DNA from: Syntrophobacteraceae bacterium
GTDB lineage: Bacteria > Desulfobacterota > Syntrophobacteria > Syntrophobacterales > Syntrophobacteraceae
Assembly: GCA_049515795.1 (NCBI GenBank)
Contig: JBEKTT010000016.1
Coordinates: 8,271 to 72,270, forward strand
Length of the DNA: 64,000 bases
Reading direction: 5' to 3'
Positions 27,193 to 37,100 of this stretch are shown here, piece after piece. Within the stretch, counting starts at the first letter, position 1. Every line of letters starts with the position of its first letter. A program made the position numbers and the translations under genes. Below the pieces are notes generated by a model. It had not been told where the DNA came from. It saw only the letters and a list, made by a program, of their open reading frames with translations, and made no database searches.

Positions 27193-28296
27193 GCGGCTAA
27201 ACATCCACACGGCCACGGAAAGAGAGCAAACGGCGATAAGGGCGAGCGGCCACAGGTCCGGGAAGATCTCCCGGAAAGAGGCGGCCTCCAGGAACACCCG
27301 ATGGATAATCGATATGATATAGCGCAGCGGGTTTATCAGCGTAATATATTGTACATTGCGCGGCATGTTGCTGATAGGCGTGTTCAAGCCCGAGAGCATG
27401 GCGAAGGGCATGATGGTGAGAAAGCTGCCCATCAGGGCCTGCTGCATGGTGGCGGCAACCGAGGAGACCATCAGGCCGATCCCCACAGCCGCGAGGAGGA
27501 AAAGGAGGATCCCAAAATAGAGGGTGAACAGCGACCCCTGGAACGGTATTTTAAACCAGAAAAGGGCCAGCGTCAGGACCATTGTCACCTGTACCAGGCC
27601 GATGAGAATGCTTGGGACGGATTTACCGATCATGATCTCGATGGGCCGGAACGGAGTTACCAGCAGTTGGTCGAATGTCCCCTGTTCCCGTTCGCGCGCT
27701 ACGGACATGGCGGTTATGACGATCATTTGGACCAGTGTAAGCATCCCGATCATGCCTGGGATCATATACCACCGGGTCTCCAGGTTCGGATTGTACCATG
27801 CCCTCGGTACGGCTTGCACGGGCGGCGAAGGACCGCCGTAAGTCTGTCGCCACCATGCGTTGAAGGCGTCGGCGATAGTTCCGATATAGTTCAGCGCGGT
27901 CCCTGCCGTGTTGGAATTGCGCCCATCTGCTATGACTTGCACGTCGGCCGGTTGACCTAAAAGCAAACGCCGCTCGAAATCCTGTCCGATCTGCACCACG
28001 ATGAGAACACTTTTGCTGTCGATCAACCGCCCGATCTCCCTTTGGTCCCGCAGGTTGGCGACGCGCCTGAAGGTGCCTGAGCCATCCAGGCCGGCCAGAA
28101 ACTGCCTCGAGGCTTCGCTGTGGTCCTGGTCATAAACCGCGTAGCGAACGTGGTTCAGATCGTACGTCGCGGCATAGCCGAAAATCATGGCCTGGATCAC
28201 GGGTGGGCCAAGCACGGTAAATCGGCTCCTTGGGTCCTTCAAAATGGCCAGAAGCTCCTTTCGGATCAGCGCCAGAATCCTTCGTATCGATTCCAT
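27181..28296 (-). CDS. ABC-2 type transporter permease (YbhR/YbhS-like)
   Basis: 371 aa with an N-terminal cytoplasmic segment, a large periplasmic loop and 5 C-terminal TM helices. Lies in an operon with the ATPase. Confidence 0.85.
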   Translation of the reverse strand: MESIRRILALIRKELLAILKDPRSRFTVLGPPVIQAMIFGYAATYDLNHVRYAVYDQDHSEASRQFLAGLDGSGTFRRVANLRDQREIGRLIDSKSVLIVVQIGQDFERRLLLGQPADVQVIADGRNSNTAGTALNYIGTIADAFNAWWRQTYGGPSPPVQAVPRAWYNPNLETRWYMIPGMIGMLTLVQMIVITAMSVAREREQGTFDQLLVTPFRPIEIMIGKSVPSILIGLVQVTMVLTLALFWFKIPFQGSLFTLYFGILLFLLAAVGIGLMVSSVAATMQQALMGSFLTIMPFAMLSGLNTPISNMPRNVQYITLINPLRYIISIIHRVFLEAASFREIFPDLWPLALIAVCSLSVAVWMFSRRLT

Positions 28297-28299
28297 CGT

Positions 28300-29457
28300 T
28301 TAGTTCAGCCTCTTTTTGGTTTTGCGCAGAGTGAGCGCAAAAAGAATCAGGAACATTACCAGCATAACGGCAGAGTTAGGGACGATAACGCTCCACACGT
28401 TTCCTGCCAGAAAGATGGTTTGCAGGAGCGACACGTAGTACCTTGCCGGGAGCAGATAGCTGATGAATCGAACCGCCCTGGGAACGCTGGTAAGATCGAA
28501 GATGAAGCCGGAGAGGAAAACCGCAGGCAGGAACGTCGCGATTAGCGTGATCTGGCCGGCGACGAACTGATTTCGAGTTGCCGAAGATATGAGCAATCCG
28601 AATCCCAGAGCCACCAGCAGGTAGAGCGCGGAGACCGCAGCTAAAATGAGCGTCGAGCCATTGAGCGGGACATGGAACAGGAAACGCCCGGCCGACGCCG
28701 TCAGGAGCAGGCCGGTCATCCCCAGCAGGAAATAGGGCAGGGTCTTGCCGATCAGAATCTCGCCCGCTCGGACTGGTGTGACAAAAAGCGCCTCCAGGGT
28801 GCCCTGTTCCCATTCGCGCGCCATAACAAGGGCGGTGAGCAGTGCTCCGGTGAGCGTCATAATGAGTACGACCAATCCGGGCACCAGAAAATAATGGCTG
28901 TCCACAGCCTCATTGAACCACATCCGGGATTGGAGCCGGACCGATCCCACGGATGGGGCGGCCTCACTGATCGCTCTTTGATTAGTCCACTGTTCGAGTG
29001 CGCCGTGGGCATAACCCTGGATGAAGCGGGCACGGTTGGCGTCGACGCCTCGGACGATCAACTGGACGGAGGAGCCACCCTTAGCCAGTTGCCGGTCGAA
29101 GTCCTGCGACAGGCGCACGATGCCGTCCACCTTTTTGTCCCTGATCAGTCGCACGGCCTCCTGCATTGAAGTGACTTCGCATACTTTGAAGTAGTCGGAC
29201 AGCTTGAACGCTCCGGCCACACTGGTTGAGTCCGGGGTAGGGTTCTCCAGAACCACCGCCACCGGGACCTCCTTGGCGTCCAGTGACAAACCATATCCGA
29301 TGAGCAGGATGAGAAACACGGGCAAGACGAGAGCGATAGCGATGCTGCTGGGATCGCGGATTATCTGGACGAATTCCTTGTGAATCAGCGCGCGGATGCG
29401 GCGTTGGCTCATCTTCGAGGAATCGCTTCCTGGTTGGTCGGCAAAGCGGGTTTCCAT
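28300..29457 (-). CDS. ABC-2 type transporter permease (YbhR/YbhS-like)
   Basis: 385 aa and a paralogue of the downstream permease, with the same topology pattern. Confidence 0.85.
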   Translation of the reverse strand: METRFADQPGSDSSKMSQRRIRALIHKEFVQIIRDPSSIAIALVLPVFLILLIGYGLSLDAKEVPVAVVLENPTPDSTSVAGAFKLSDYFKVCEVTSMQEAVRLIRDKKVDGIVRLSQDFDRQLAKGGSSVQLIVRGVDANRARFIQGYAHGALEQWTNQRAISEAAPSVGSVRLQSRMWFNEAVDSHYFLVPGLVVLIMTLTGALLTALVMAREWEQGTLEALFVTPVRAGEILIGKTLPYFLLGMTGLLLTASAGRFLFHVPLNGSTLILAAVSALYLLVALGFGLLISSATRNQFVAGQITLIATFLPAVFLSGFIFDLTSVPRAVRFISYLLPARYYVSLLQTIFLAGNVWSVIVPNSAVMLVMFLILFALTLRKTKKRLN

Positions 29458-29467
29458 ACCTTGCTCC

Positions 29468-31234
29468 CTAAGTCACTGCACTCATCCGGTGGTCTTCGAC
29501 AATAGCAATAAAGGCGTCCTCAATAGTCGGTTCCCTGTCTTCGGAGGGACGCGCGCGGTCGCGAACATCCGCCGGCGTTCCCGTGGCCAGGATCTGACCG
29601 TCCACCATGATAACCATCTGGTCGCAGTATTCGGCCTCCTCCAGAAAATGGGTCGTGACTATCACGGTGACCCCGCGATCGGCCAGAGTGCTGATCCGGC
29701 GCCAGAACTCCCGGCGCGCTAACGGGTCCACACCTGAGGTGGGTTCGTCGAGGAAGAGGATTTCGGGCTCGTGCATCAGCGCGCAGGCCATTGCCAGGCG
29801 CTGCTTGTAGCCGCTTGGGAGTTGGCCGCTGGCCAGGTCGGATTGCGAGCGCAAGTCAAACTGATCGAGCGCCCAGTCTATACGTTGTGATCTGTGCGAG
29901 CCCCTAAGTCCGTAAGCGCCGGTGAAAAATTTGAGGTTTTCCATGACGGTGAGTTGCCCGTAGAGGGAAAACTTCTGGGCAACATAGCCGATGCGCTGTC
30001 TCGCCGATGCGCGGGTGTGCCGCAAGTCCATGCCGGCCACACTTAGGGTCCCGCTGCTTGCAGGGAGCAAACCGCAAAGCATGCGGAATGTGGTGCTCTT
30101 CCCAGCGCCATTGGGGCCGAGCAGTCCAAATATTTCACCCCTGTGGACCTTGAAGGTGGCGTTGTCAACAGCAGTGAAGGTCCCGAATTTCCTGGTCAGA
30201 TTATGGACCTCCACAACGACTTCTTCTTTCCGCAGGTTCTCAGGCGCCCTCGAAGACCCAAACGGCACAAAGGGCGCCTCGTGGCTGTGCCCTGCGGCAC
30301 GGCGCACAAGGGTCATGAACCCGTCTTCGAACCGAGGGGTAACCGGGTTGACGGTCAGTCCCTCAAAAAGAGCGCTCTCAGGAGCCTCATCGCTTGATGT
30401 GACAACCCGGACGCGCTTGCCCTCAAGGGTGGCGTCGACGATACCGCCCGCACTCGCCAGGGTGGCCTGCAACTGGCGGGGTTTCATGGATTCAGGAGTA
30501 TCGATTCTAAAGGACCTGCCACTCGCTATGGAACTGATTTGGGAAGGGGGCCCCGACGCCAGGACCCTGCCTCGCAGGAGCAGCACCGCCATATCGCACC
30601 GCTCTGCCTCCTCGAGATAAGAGGTGCTGAGCAGGACTGTCAAACCCTGTTCCCGCACCAGGCTATACACTATTTGCCAGAGTTCCCGCCGTGACAGGGG
30701 ATCTACCCCCACCGTCGGTTCATCGAGGAGAAGCAGATCGGGGGTGCTCACCAGGGTGCAGGCCAGGCCGAGCTTCTGCTTCATCCCACCGGAAAGTTGC
30801 CTCGCCAGGCGCCGATTGAAGGGCCCGAGGCCGGTCATGTGCATTAACTGAGGATAGCGCTCGGACCTGGTTTCGGGCGTGATCCCGTGCAGGTCCGCGT
30901 AAAGGTTCAGGTTCTCCTCGACTGTCAGGTCTTCGTAAAGCCCAAATCTCTGCGGCATGTAGCCGACCCTTGACTGCACGGCCTGGGGATTGGCCGTGAC
31001 GTCGATGCCCAGCACGCGAATGGAGCCCGCTTCGGGGGCGAAAAGACCCGTTGCAATGCGAATCAGGGTCGTCTTGCCGGCGCCGTCGGGACCAATCAGG
31101 CCGGTGACGGCCCCACGGGCGACACGGAGCGTCACGCCGTCAAGGGCTTTGACCTTCTCATGCGGACCGTGTATGAACTCCTTGGTTAAGCCCTGGCAGC
31201 TCAGTACGTCCGTTTCACGATTATGGTCCGGCAT
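29468..31234 (-). CDS. ABC transporter ATP-binding protein with duplicated ATPase domains (YbhF-like)
   Basis: Two Walker A motifs (GPDGAGKTT, GPNGAGKST), two LSGG signatures (LSGGMKQK; SGYKQR variant) and two Walker B motifs (LLLDEPT, LFLDEPT). Confidence 0.9.
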   Translation of the reverse strand: MPDHNRETDVLSCQGLTKEFIHGPHEKVKALDGVTLRVARGAVTGLIGPDGAGKTTLIRIATGLFAPEAGSIRVLGIDVTANPQAVQSRVGYMPQRFGLYEDLTVEENLNLYADLHGITPETRSERYPQLMHMTGLGPFNRRLARQLSGGMKQKLGLACTLVSTPDLLLLDEPTVGVDPLSRRELWQIVYSLVREQGLTVLLSTSYLEEAERCDMAVLLLRGRVLASGPPSQISSIASGRSFRIDTPESMKPRQLQATLASAGGIVDATLEGKRVRVVTSSDEAPESALFEGLTVNPVTPRFEDGFMTLVRRAAGHSHEAPFVPFGSSRAPENLRKEEVVVEVHNLTRKFGTFTAVDNATFKVHRGEIFGLLGPNGAGKSTTFRMLCGLLPASSGTLSVAGMDLRHTRASARQRIGYVAQKFSLYGQLTVMENLKFFTGAYGLRGSHRSQRIDWALDQFDLRSQSDLASGQLPSGYKQRLAMACALMHEPEILFLDEPTSGVDPLARREFWRRISTLADRGVTVIVTTHFLEEAEYCDQMVIMVDGQILATGTPADVRDRARPSEDREPTIEDAFIAIVEDHRMSAVT

Positions 31235-32268
31235 CAGCCGCCCCTGTTCTCAGTAGCGCCTCCACCATTATGCGAGTCTCCCCCGGTCAGCGCAATTTGC
31301 ACCGTGGCGGGCATCCCCAACCGCAGTTGGTCGGCTGGGTCCTTTACGAAGATGCGGACTTCGTAGACGAGCGATGTACGCAGATCGGCCGTTTCGACCG
31401 TTTTGGGGGTAAAAGAGGCAACCGGGGAGATGAATCCCACCCAGCCGTCGTATTTTTTGCCGGGGAAACTGTCGGTTGTCACCGTGGCTGTCATTCCCAT
31501 GCGGATTTTTCCAAGGTCCGGCTCTCCCGCATAGACGCGGACCCACTTGGGATCGGTAATGGCAATGCTCAGTACCGCTCGTTGCGGCGAAGCCATTTCT
31601 CCAGGCTCGAGTATCCGGTTCTGTACAACCCCGTTTGTAGGGCTGACAAGAGTGGCGTAGACAAGGTTCTGCTTCGACACCGCAAGGTCGGCCTTGTTGG
31701 CTAGAAGTGTTGCGCGCGCTTCGGCAATGTCCTCTTTCCTCGGACCGATCACCGCAAGGTCCAGCGCTTTCTGATTTACGCGAAGCTTCGCTTCGGCGAC
31801 CTCGAAAGCCGCCTTGGCTGCATCCAGGTCCTGCTGGCTTGTAGCACCGCCGCCGGTAGATTTTTTCAACCTCTCATAGTTGAGGCGGGTGTTCGTGAGG
31901 TCGGCCTGAGCGGCGTTCAGATTCGCACGGGCCTGGTCGATCTCTTCGGGCCGCGTCCCGTTTTCGAGGCGCTCGACCACATGCCGCTGTGCCTCAGCCC
32001 TGGCTTCAGCTTGCGCTACAGTTGCCTTGAGCCTCTCCATTTCCAGCGTGCCTACGACCTGTTCCTTCTCCACCCGGTCCCCTTCTTGCACCAGGACGGT
32101 TTCTATCCTTTCGTTCCCGTTGAACGCCAGGTTGACCTGGCGGAGGTCCAGGTTCCCATACAACACGAGTTCGCCGGGGGAGGTCCCGGCGGAGTGGTGG
32201 ACCCACCAGTAGATGACGGCTCCCCCGATCACTGCGGCAAGCATTATGAGCATAATGGTCTTTTTCAT
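31234..32268 (-). CDS. HlyD-family periplasmic adaptor (YbhG-like)
   Basis: N-terminal TM anchor (MKKTIMLIMLAAVIGG), coiled-coil hairpin and a barrel-sandwich region. ATG 32268 is preferred over 32304. Confidence 0.85.
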   Translation of the reverse strand: MKKTIMLIMLAAVIGGAVIYWWVHHSAGTSPGELVLYGNLDLRQVNLAFNGNERIETVLVQEGDRVEKEQVVGTLEMERLKATVAQAEARAEAQRHVVERLENGTRPEEIDQARANLNAAQADLTNTRLNYERLKKSTGGGATSQQDLDAAKAAFEVAEAKLRVNQKALDLAVIGPRKEDIAEARATLLANKADLAVSKQNLVYATLVSPTNGVVQNRILEPGEMASPQRAVLSIAITDPKWVRVYAGEPDLGKIRMGMTATVTTDSFPGKKYDGWVGFISPVASFTPKTVETADLRTSLVYEVRIFVKDPADQLRLGMPATVQIALTGGDSHNGGGATENRGG

Positions 32269-32291
32269 TGTCTGGTTTCCTCCGGTCAAGC

Positions 32292-32321
32292 AATATAGCG
32301 GCAATAGGTGAGGGGTGTCAA
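32292..32321 (-). promoter_or_regulatory. sigma-70-like promoter for the hlyD-ABC operon
   Basis: On the minus strand, TTGACA (32321-32316), an 18-nt spacer and TATATT (32297-32292). It lies ~25 nt upstream of ATG 32268, which has a GGAGGA RBS. Confidence 0.5.
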
Positions 32322-32325
32322 ACTA

Positions 32326-32338
32326 AAAGTTAAACTTT
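32326..32338. promoter_or_regulatory. 13-bp perfect palindrome AAAGTT-A-AACTTT between divergent promoters (candidate TetR operator)
   Basis: The palindrome lies between the two divergent TTGACA boxes (32316-32321 minus strand; 32349-32354 plus strand). Confidence 0.35.
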
Positions 32339-32386
32339 AAATTTATATTTGACAACAACCTTCCTCCGGTGATATATCTTGACGCC

Positions 32387-33076
32387 ATGATTGAGAATGA
32401 CACAGACCTGAGGAGTATCGAAATTTTCAATACCCCGGACCATCGGACCCGCAGCCGCCTTCTCGAAGCTGCCGGCCTCGTATTCTCCGAAAAGGGTTTC
32501 GAACATGCGACGGCGCGGGAGATTTGCGATTTTGCCAGGGTCAACTCCGCCGCTGTCAATTATTATTTTGGCGGTAAGCGATCCCTCTACGTGGAAGTAT
32601 TGCGGGAGGCCCACCGCCGCCTGGTGAACTTCGGCGCACTCAAGGCCGTGGCCGAAGACATACGTGCCTCAGAAGAGACGTTGGAGCGGTTTTTCACCGG
32701 TCTTCTTCATTCGGTGCTCGATCCATCGCCGGGCGGATGGGTCGTCAGGGTGATTATGCGCGAGATGGTTTCGCACACTGATGCGCTCGCTGAACTGGTT
32801 GAGCTTCAGATCCGCCCCACCGCGAGGCTGTTTCGCACTATTATCGCAAGGTTGATGGACCTGCCGGTGGACCACGAGGCTGTAGTCCGTGGGACTTTGA
32901 GTACGGTTGCTCAATTTATATTTATCTTTCAGAACAGGCACGTCATCGAACTGAACTATCCCGATCTCGATCTGAGGGGCGAAGGCATTGACAGGATGGC
33001 GCGGCATATCTGGCGTTTTACCGTAGCGGGGCTCCGGGCCGTGGCGCGCCATATCGAGCAGGGAGGCAGCGCATGA
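32387..33076 (+). CDS. TetR-family transcriptional regulator (YbiH/CecR-like)
   Basis: TetR HTH (GFEHATAREICDFARVNSAAVNYYFGGKRSLY). Divergent from the ybhGFSR-like operon. The ORF starts at GTG 32369; ATG 32387 is preferred. Confidence 0.85.
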   Translation: MIENDTDLRSIEIFNTPDHRTRSRLLEAAGLVFSEKGFEHATAREICDFARVNSAAVNYYFGGKRSLYVEVLREAHRRLVNFGALKAVAEDIRASEETLERFFTGLLHSVLDPSPGGWVVRVIMREMVSHTDALAELVELQIRPTARLFRTIIARLMDLPVDHEAVVRGTLSTVAQFIFIFQNRHVIELNYPDLDLRGEGIDRMARHIWRFTVAGLRAVARHIEQGGSA

Positions 33077-34548
33077 GGGGTCCTCTGGCGAGCATTACGA
33101 GGTGTGTTTGGCCGCTGATTATAGCTGAGCTGATTTACGGCTGCATGGTTGGACCTGATTACAGCCGCCCGCCTGTCCCGCAGCAGAACGGCTGGCAGGC
33201 AGTAAAAGGCGCTGCCGCACAGCCGGCGGAGGATGTTCGGTGGTGGCGTGACCTCAAGGACCCGCAGCTCGTAAACTGCATTGAGAAAGGAGTATCCGGA
33301 AATCAGAATATAAAGGAGGCTGAGGCCAGGGTTCGCGAGGCGAGGGCGCTTCGTGGAGTTGCGGCGGCAAGCCTGCTGCCGCAGGTGGATGGCAGCGCCC
33401 TCTACAACAGATCGATGACAAGCAGTACCGCAGGCATCATCAGCCAGTTACCCAAGAATTTGATAAGTCAGGTAAACTTTGAGCAGGACCTTTACCAGGT
33501 GGGTTTTGACGCCAGTTGGGAATTGGACATATTCGGCGGAAGGCGGCGGGAGGTGCAGGCCGCTTCGGCTCGCGCCCAGTCGAGCATCGAGAACTATCGC
33601 GATGTAATGATCTCGGTGATCGCCGAAATTGCCCGAAATTACGTGGAACTGCGGGGTGCACAGCGCCAATTGGCAATAGCGGAAAAAAACAGCGACATTC
33701 AGGAGAAAACGCTCTCTCTTGTAAAGGTCAGGCAGGACGCAAAAATAACCTCCGACCTCGAGGTGGAGCAGGCCAAAGCGCAGCTCGAGCGCACACGAGG
33801 GAGCATTCCGCCCCTGCAGGCCTCGATTCGTGGAAGCGCCTACCGGCTGGCGGTCCTCACCGGGCAACCTCCAAACGCGCTCCTGGACGATCTTCTGGCG
33901 ACGTCCCCCATCCCCAATCCTCCTGACATCGTACCCGTGGGGCTGCCTTCGGACCTGCTGTTGCGAAGGCCGGACCTCAGGCGGGCGGAAAACGATCTAC
34001 GCGCCGCCACTTCAGACATCGGCGCATCGACGGCGGACCTCTACCCGCGCTTTTATCTCACGGGATATGCGGAGCCGCAAAGCTCGAAATTCGTTGATCT
34101 CTTTACCGCCAACAGTTTTGCCTGGTCTGTGGGGCCGGCCGTCTCGTGGCCGGTCTTTCAGGGGGGCAGGATACGGTCCAACATCGCCGCCACGAAAGCC
34201 AGGCGGGATGAAGCGCTGGCCCGGTATCGGCAAGCGGTGCTGACGGCTTTTCAAGAGGTTGAGACCTCGCTTGTGGGCTATGCCGAACATCAGGTTGAAA
34301 GGGAGCGGCTCGCACTGTCGGTTGAGTCGCAGTCGCGGGCAGTGGAATTGGCCAGGGAGCGGTTCGAGCTGGGCATCAAGGATTTCCAGACCGTTCTCGA
34401 TGCCGAGAGGCAACTGAGGGATGTCGAAAACAGCCTTGCCCTGAGCGAAACTCAAGTGCTCGTAAACCTGGTCAGCCTCTACAAGGCTTTAGGCGGGGGC
34501 TGGCAACAAACTGATGTTTCCCCGCATCGCGGTGATGATCGATCGTAG
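33073..34548 (+). CDS. efflux outer-membrane factor lipoprotein (NodT family)
   Basis: Lipobox-like LIYGC followed by VGPDYSRPP, the hallmark N-terminus of NodT/OprM-type OMFs; 491 aa. ATGA overlap with the TetR stop codon. Confidence 0.88.
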   Translation: MRGPLASITRCVWPLIIAELIYGCMVGPDYSRPPVPQQNGWQAVKGAAAQPAEDVRWWRDLKDPQLVNCIEKGVSGNQNIKEAEARVREARALRGVAAASLLPQVDGSALYNRSMTSSTAGIISQLPKNLISQVNFEQDLYQVGFDASWELDIFGGRRREVQAASARAQSSIENYRDVMISVIAEIARNYVELRGAQRQLAIAEKNSDIQEKTLSLVKVRQDAKITSDLEVEQAKAQLERTRGSIPPLQASIRGSAYRLAVLTGQPPNALLDDLLATSPIPNPPDIVPVGLPSDLLLRRPDLRRAENDLRAATSDIGASTADLYPRFYLTGYAEPQSSKFVDLFTANSFAWSVGPAVSWPVFQGGRIRSNIAATKARRDEALARYRQAVLTAFQEVETSLVGYAEHQVERERLALSVESQSRAVELARERFELGIKDFQTVLDAERQLRDVENSLALSETQVLVNLVSLYKALGGGWQQTDVSPHRGDDRS

Positions 34549-35075
34549 GGGCTTTTTTGCTCGCGTGCGCTTAATACCAACTTACCTACAAAATAACTTT
34601 ATTTTGATGCTTCGCGGGTGAGGCGGGCATCATGGAAAATTGCGTTGCGTTCAAGAAAGTATCAAGTGATGTTTTTCAAAAGCGCGGGGAGCTACGCCCC
34701 CCACACCCCCTCGCCGCTACGCGGCTCACGATCTCGACGCTCCGCGAGGCGGGCCTGCGGCTAGCCGCCGATAGCGCCGAGCGCTCGGCCACACGCGCTT
34801 GCGCGTGTGCGCCGAAATCCTGGCGGGCGCGGGGGAAACTTTCCCCCGCTTAGTTTGGGGTTATTAGGGGCTCTATGAATGCAACTTGGTATAAGCCTTT
34901 GACATCTCCTTTTTCAGGGCTTCCAACTAATTCTTTGCTTCCCATGAAAGAAACACTGCCGGAGTTCGACGCCAGCCTCAACTGTGCAGGACACACCGGC
35001 GGCGGATGCGCTCATTGAGAAGCAGGGAGCAGAGATCCCGGTTTCCGAGACTGTGTTGCAAACGTAGTATTTTTT

Positions 35076-35210
35076 GTATTTCCCCCCTTTGCTAAAGGGG
35101 GGCAGTTCGTATTCCCCCCTTTTCTAAAGGGGGGCAGGGGGGATTGTGATTCTCCGATACTACATAGGCACTTGAAATCCCCCTTGATCCCCGTTACAAA
35201 AGGGGGAAGC
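35076..35210. repeat. tandem C6/G6 hairpin repeats
   Basis: Two ~29-bp units (35076-35104 and 35109-35137: GTATT(T)CCCCCCTTT.CTAAAGGGGGGCAG) plus a degenerate third hairpin near 35185-35205. Confidence 0.8.
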
Positions 35211-35350
35211 AAAACCTGGTCCCGTGGGATTTTACCCGTGTATTACTGAATTACGGCACAGTCTCTTCCGCCGGGGTGACGTCATCCCGACGAAAGTTGG
35301 GAAGGAAGCAGGAATCAACGTTACCACAATGCCGGGAGTATCCTTTCTCG

Positions 35351-35396
35351 CTTCACGCTCCCCGCTTCCTGCTTCGTAAATGTGCGCACGAAATAA
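35351..35396 (+). repeat. 46-bp direct repeat R1 upstream of the MBL gene 1
   Basis: CTTCACGCTCCCCGCTTCCTGCTTCGTAAATGTGCGCACGAAATAA matches 36161-36206 with 2 mismatches. Confidence 0.9.
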
Positions 35397-35415
35397 TGGA
35401 CATGAGGGTATAGAC

Positions 35416-36135
35416 ATGAAAGAGTACATTATTTACCCCCTGGTGATCGGAGCCAACGAGACCGATCAGGGGGTCATGACCTATCTTCGCGGGTACGGCA
35501 AACGCATCTGGATACCGATTTATGCTTTCCTGATAAAGGGGGCCGACGAGGTTATTCTGGTGGATACGGGGCTCGAGCAGTTTGTCGTGCCCGAGCATGT
35601 AGGGCGTGAACATGGCTTGAAGATCCAGGAATTTGAAGAGGCTCTCGAAGACCATGGACTGCGCCCTGAAGACATAGACCTCATAATTCACACTCATTTG
35701 CATAATGATCACTGCGAGAACGATCCAAAATGCCCGCAGGCGAAGGTCGTCGTGCAAAAAGCCGAATACGATTTTTTCCTAAACCCCCACCCCATAGACC
35801 ATCGCTACTATCCCGACCTCCTGGATGGTTTGCATGTTGAGCTGGTAGAAGGGGATGTAAGCTTGAGGGATGGAATAGACCTTATCTTCACGCCGGGCCA
35901 TACGCCGGGAGGCCAGTCAGTCGCCGTCCGCACCTCCGGTGGGAGGGCAATCATCACCGGATTTTGCTGCAACGCTTTGAACTTTCCCGCCAATGCCCCC
36001 GTCGTTGCTCCGGGAGTTCACACCGATGCAATTGCAGCCTTCGATAGCGCCTTGAAAATCCGCGAGATGGCCGATATCCTGATACCGTTGCATGATATTT
36101 CCATAGGAAAGCTCGGACGAATCCCGGGAGTTTAG
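35416..36135 (+). CDS. MBL-fold metallo-hydrolase (N-acyl homoserine lactonase-like)
   Basis: HTHLHNDH zinc motif. The ORF starts at 35380; ATG 35416 (MKEYIIYP) is preferred. Confidence 0.75.
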   Translation: MKEYIIYPLVIGANETDQGVMTYLRGYGKRIWIPIYAFLIKGADEVILVDTGLEQFVVPEHVGREHGLKIQEFEEALEDHGLRPEDIDLIIHTHLHNDHCENDPKCPQAKVVVQKAEYDFFLNPHPIDHRYYPDLLDGLHVELVEGDVSLRDGIDLIFTPGHTPGGQSVAVRTSGGRAIITGFCCNALNFPANAPVVAPGVHTDAIAAFDSALKIREMADILIPLHDISIGKLGRIPGV

Positions 36136-36160
36136 GAGGAAAGAAGGGAGCAAACGCCTT

Positions 36161-36206
36161 CTTCACGCTCCCCGCTTCCTGCTTCGTAAATATCCGCACG
36201 AAATAA
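36161..36206 (+). repeat. 46-bp direct repeat R2 upstream of the MBL gene 2
   Basis: Matches R1 at 44/46 positions. Confidence 0.9.
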
Positions 36207-36249
36207 GTGTTAGCCGGACCAAATAACCCGAGATACAGGAGGCGAAACA

Positions 36250-37092
36250 ATGGAATGCAGAATCACGGTTCTTTGTGAGAACACGGTCCAGGGCCTGGGC
36301 TTCCTTGGAGAGCACGGATTCTCCGCATTTATTGAAACCCCCGGGCAAAACATTCTTTTCGATACCGGCCAGGGCTTTAGCCTCATTCAGAACTCCCTGC
36401 GGCTCCAAAAAGATCTGAGGCAGGTTTCAAAGGTTGTATTGAGTCACGGCCATGTGGATCACGTAGGAGGACTCCTGGCTTTCCTGGGAGTGAAAGGCGC
36501 CTGCCCTGTAGCCGCTCACCCCGATATTTTCACTGAAAGGTTCTGGCTCATGCCGGTGGCCGGCGGAGAGGAAAAACCCGTATCTATCGGCATGCCATGG
36601 CCTCAGGCATATCTTACGACCCGGGGCGCGCAATTCGAATGGCGCCGGGATTTTATGGAAGTCGCGCCGGGCGTTTTCATAACGGGCGAAGTACCCAGGA
36701 AAACGCTTTTCGAACTGGGATCTCCAAAATGGGTAGTTGCTCGGGACGGCGGCTGGACCCCGGATCCTTTTCTCGATGATTTTTCGATGGTTTTGAAGAC
36801 CTCGCGAGGGTTGGTGATCGTGCTGGGGTGTGCGCACGCCGGAATCGTGAATATTCTCAACCATGCGATAGACCGGACAGGAGAAAACCGCATTTACGCA
36901 GTTCTTGGCGGCACTCATCTTGGTCTTTCCCCTGAGCCGCAGTTCGACCCGACCATTGAGGCGCTTAAAGAATTCGACATCCGGATGCTTGCGGTCAGCC
37001 ACTGCACCGGCCAGGGCCCGGTTGCACGGCTGGCATCCGAATTTGGCGACAAGTTCGCCTTCGGGCGTGTAGGCTTCGTACTCGAGGTTTAA
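36250..37092 (+). CDS. MBL-fold metallo-hydrolase
   Basis: LSHGHVDHVGG zinc motif; 280 aa. The N-terminus ITVLCENT is typical of a stand-alone MBL subfamily. Confidence 0.75.
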   Translation: MECRITVLCENTVQGLGFLGEHGFSAFIETPGQNILFDTGQGFSLIQNSLRLQKDLRQVSKVVLSHGHVDHVGGLLAFLGVKGACPVAAHPDIFTERFWLMPVAGGEEKPVSIGMPWPQAYLTTRGAQFEWRRDFMEVAPGVFITGEVPRKTLFELGSPKWVVARDGGWTPDPFLDDFSMVLKTSRGLVIVLGCAHAGIVNILNHAIDRTGENRIYAVLGGTHLGLSPEPQFDPTIEALKEFDIRMLAVSHCTGQGPVARLASEFGDKFAFGRVGFVLEV

Positions 37093-37100
37093 TGAACATT

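Noticed and set aside
34632-34853. 73-aa ORF downstream of the OMF gene
   Set aside because: The stretch is GC-rich, Arg/Ala-rich and low-complexity, and full of palindromes (e.g. GCGGGGGAAACTTTCCCCCGC), with no RBS. It is most likely repeat or terminator DNA.
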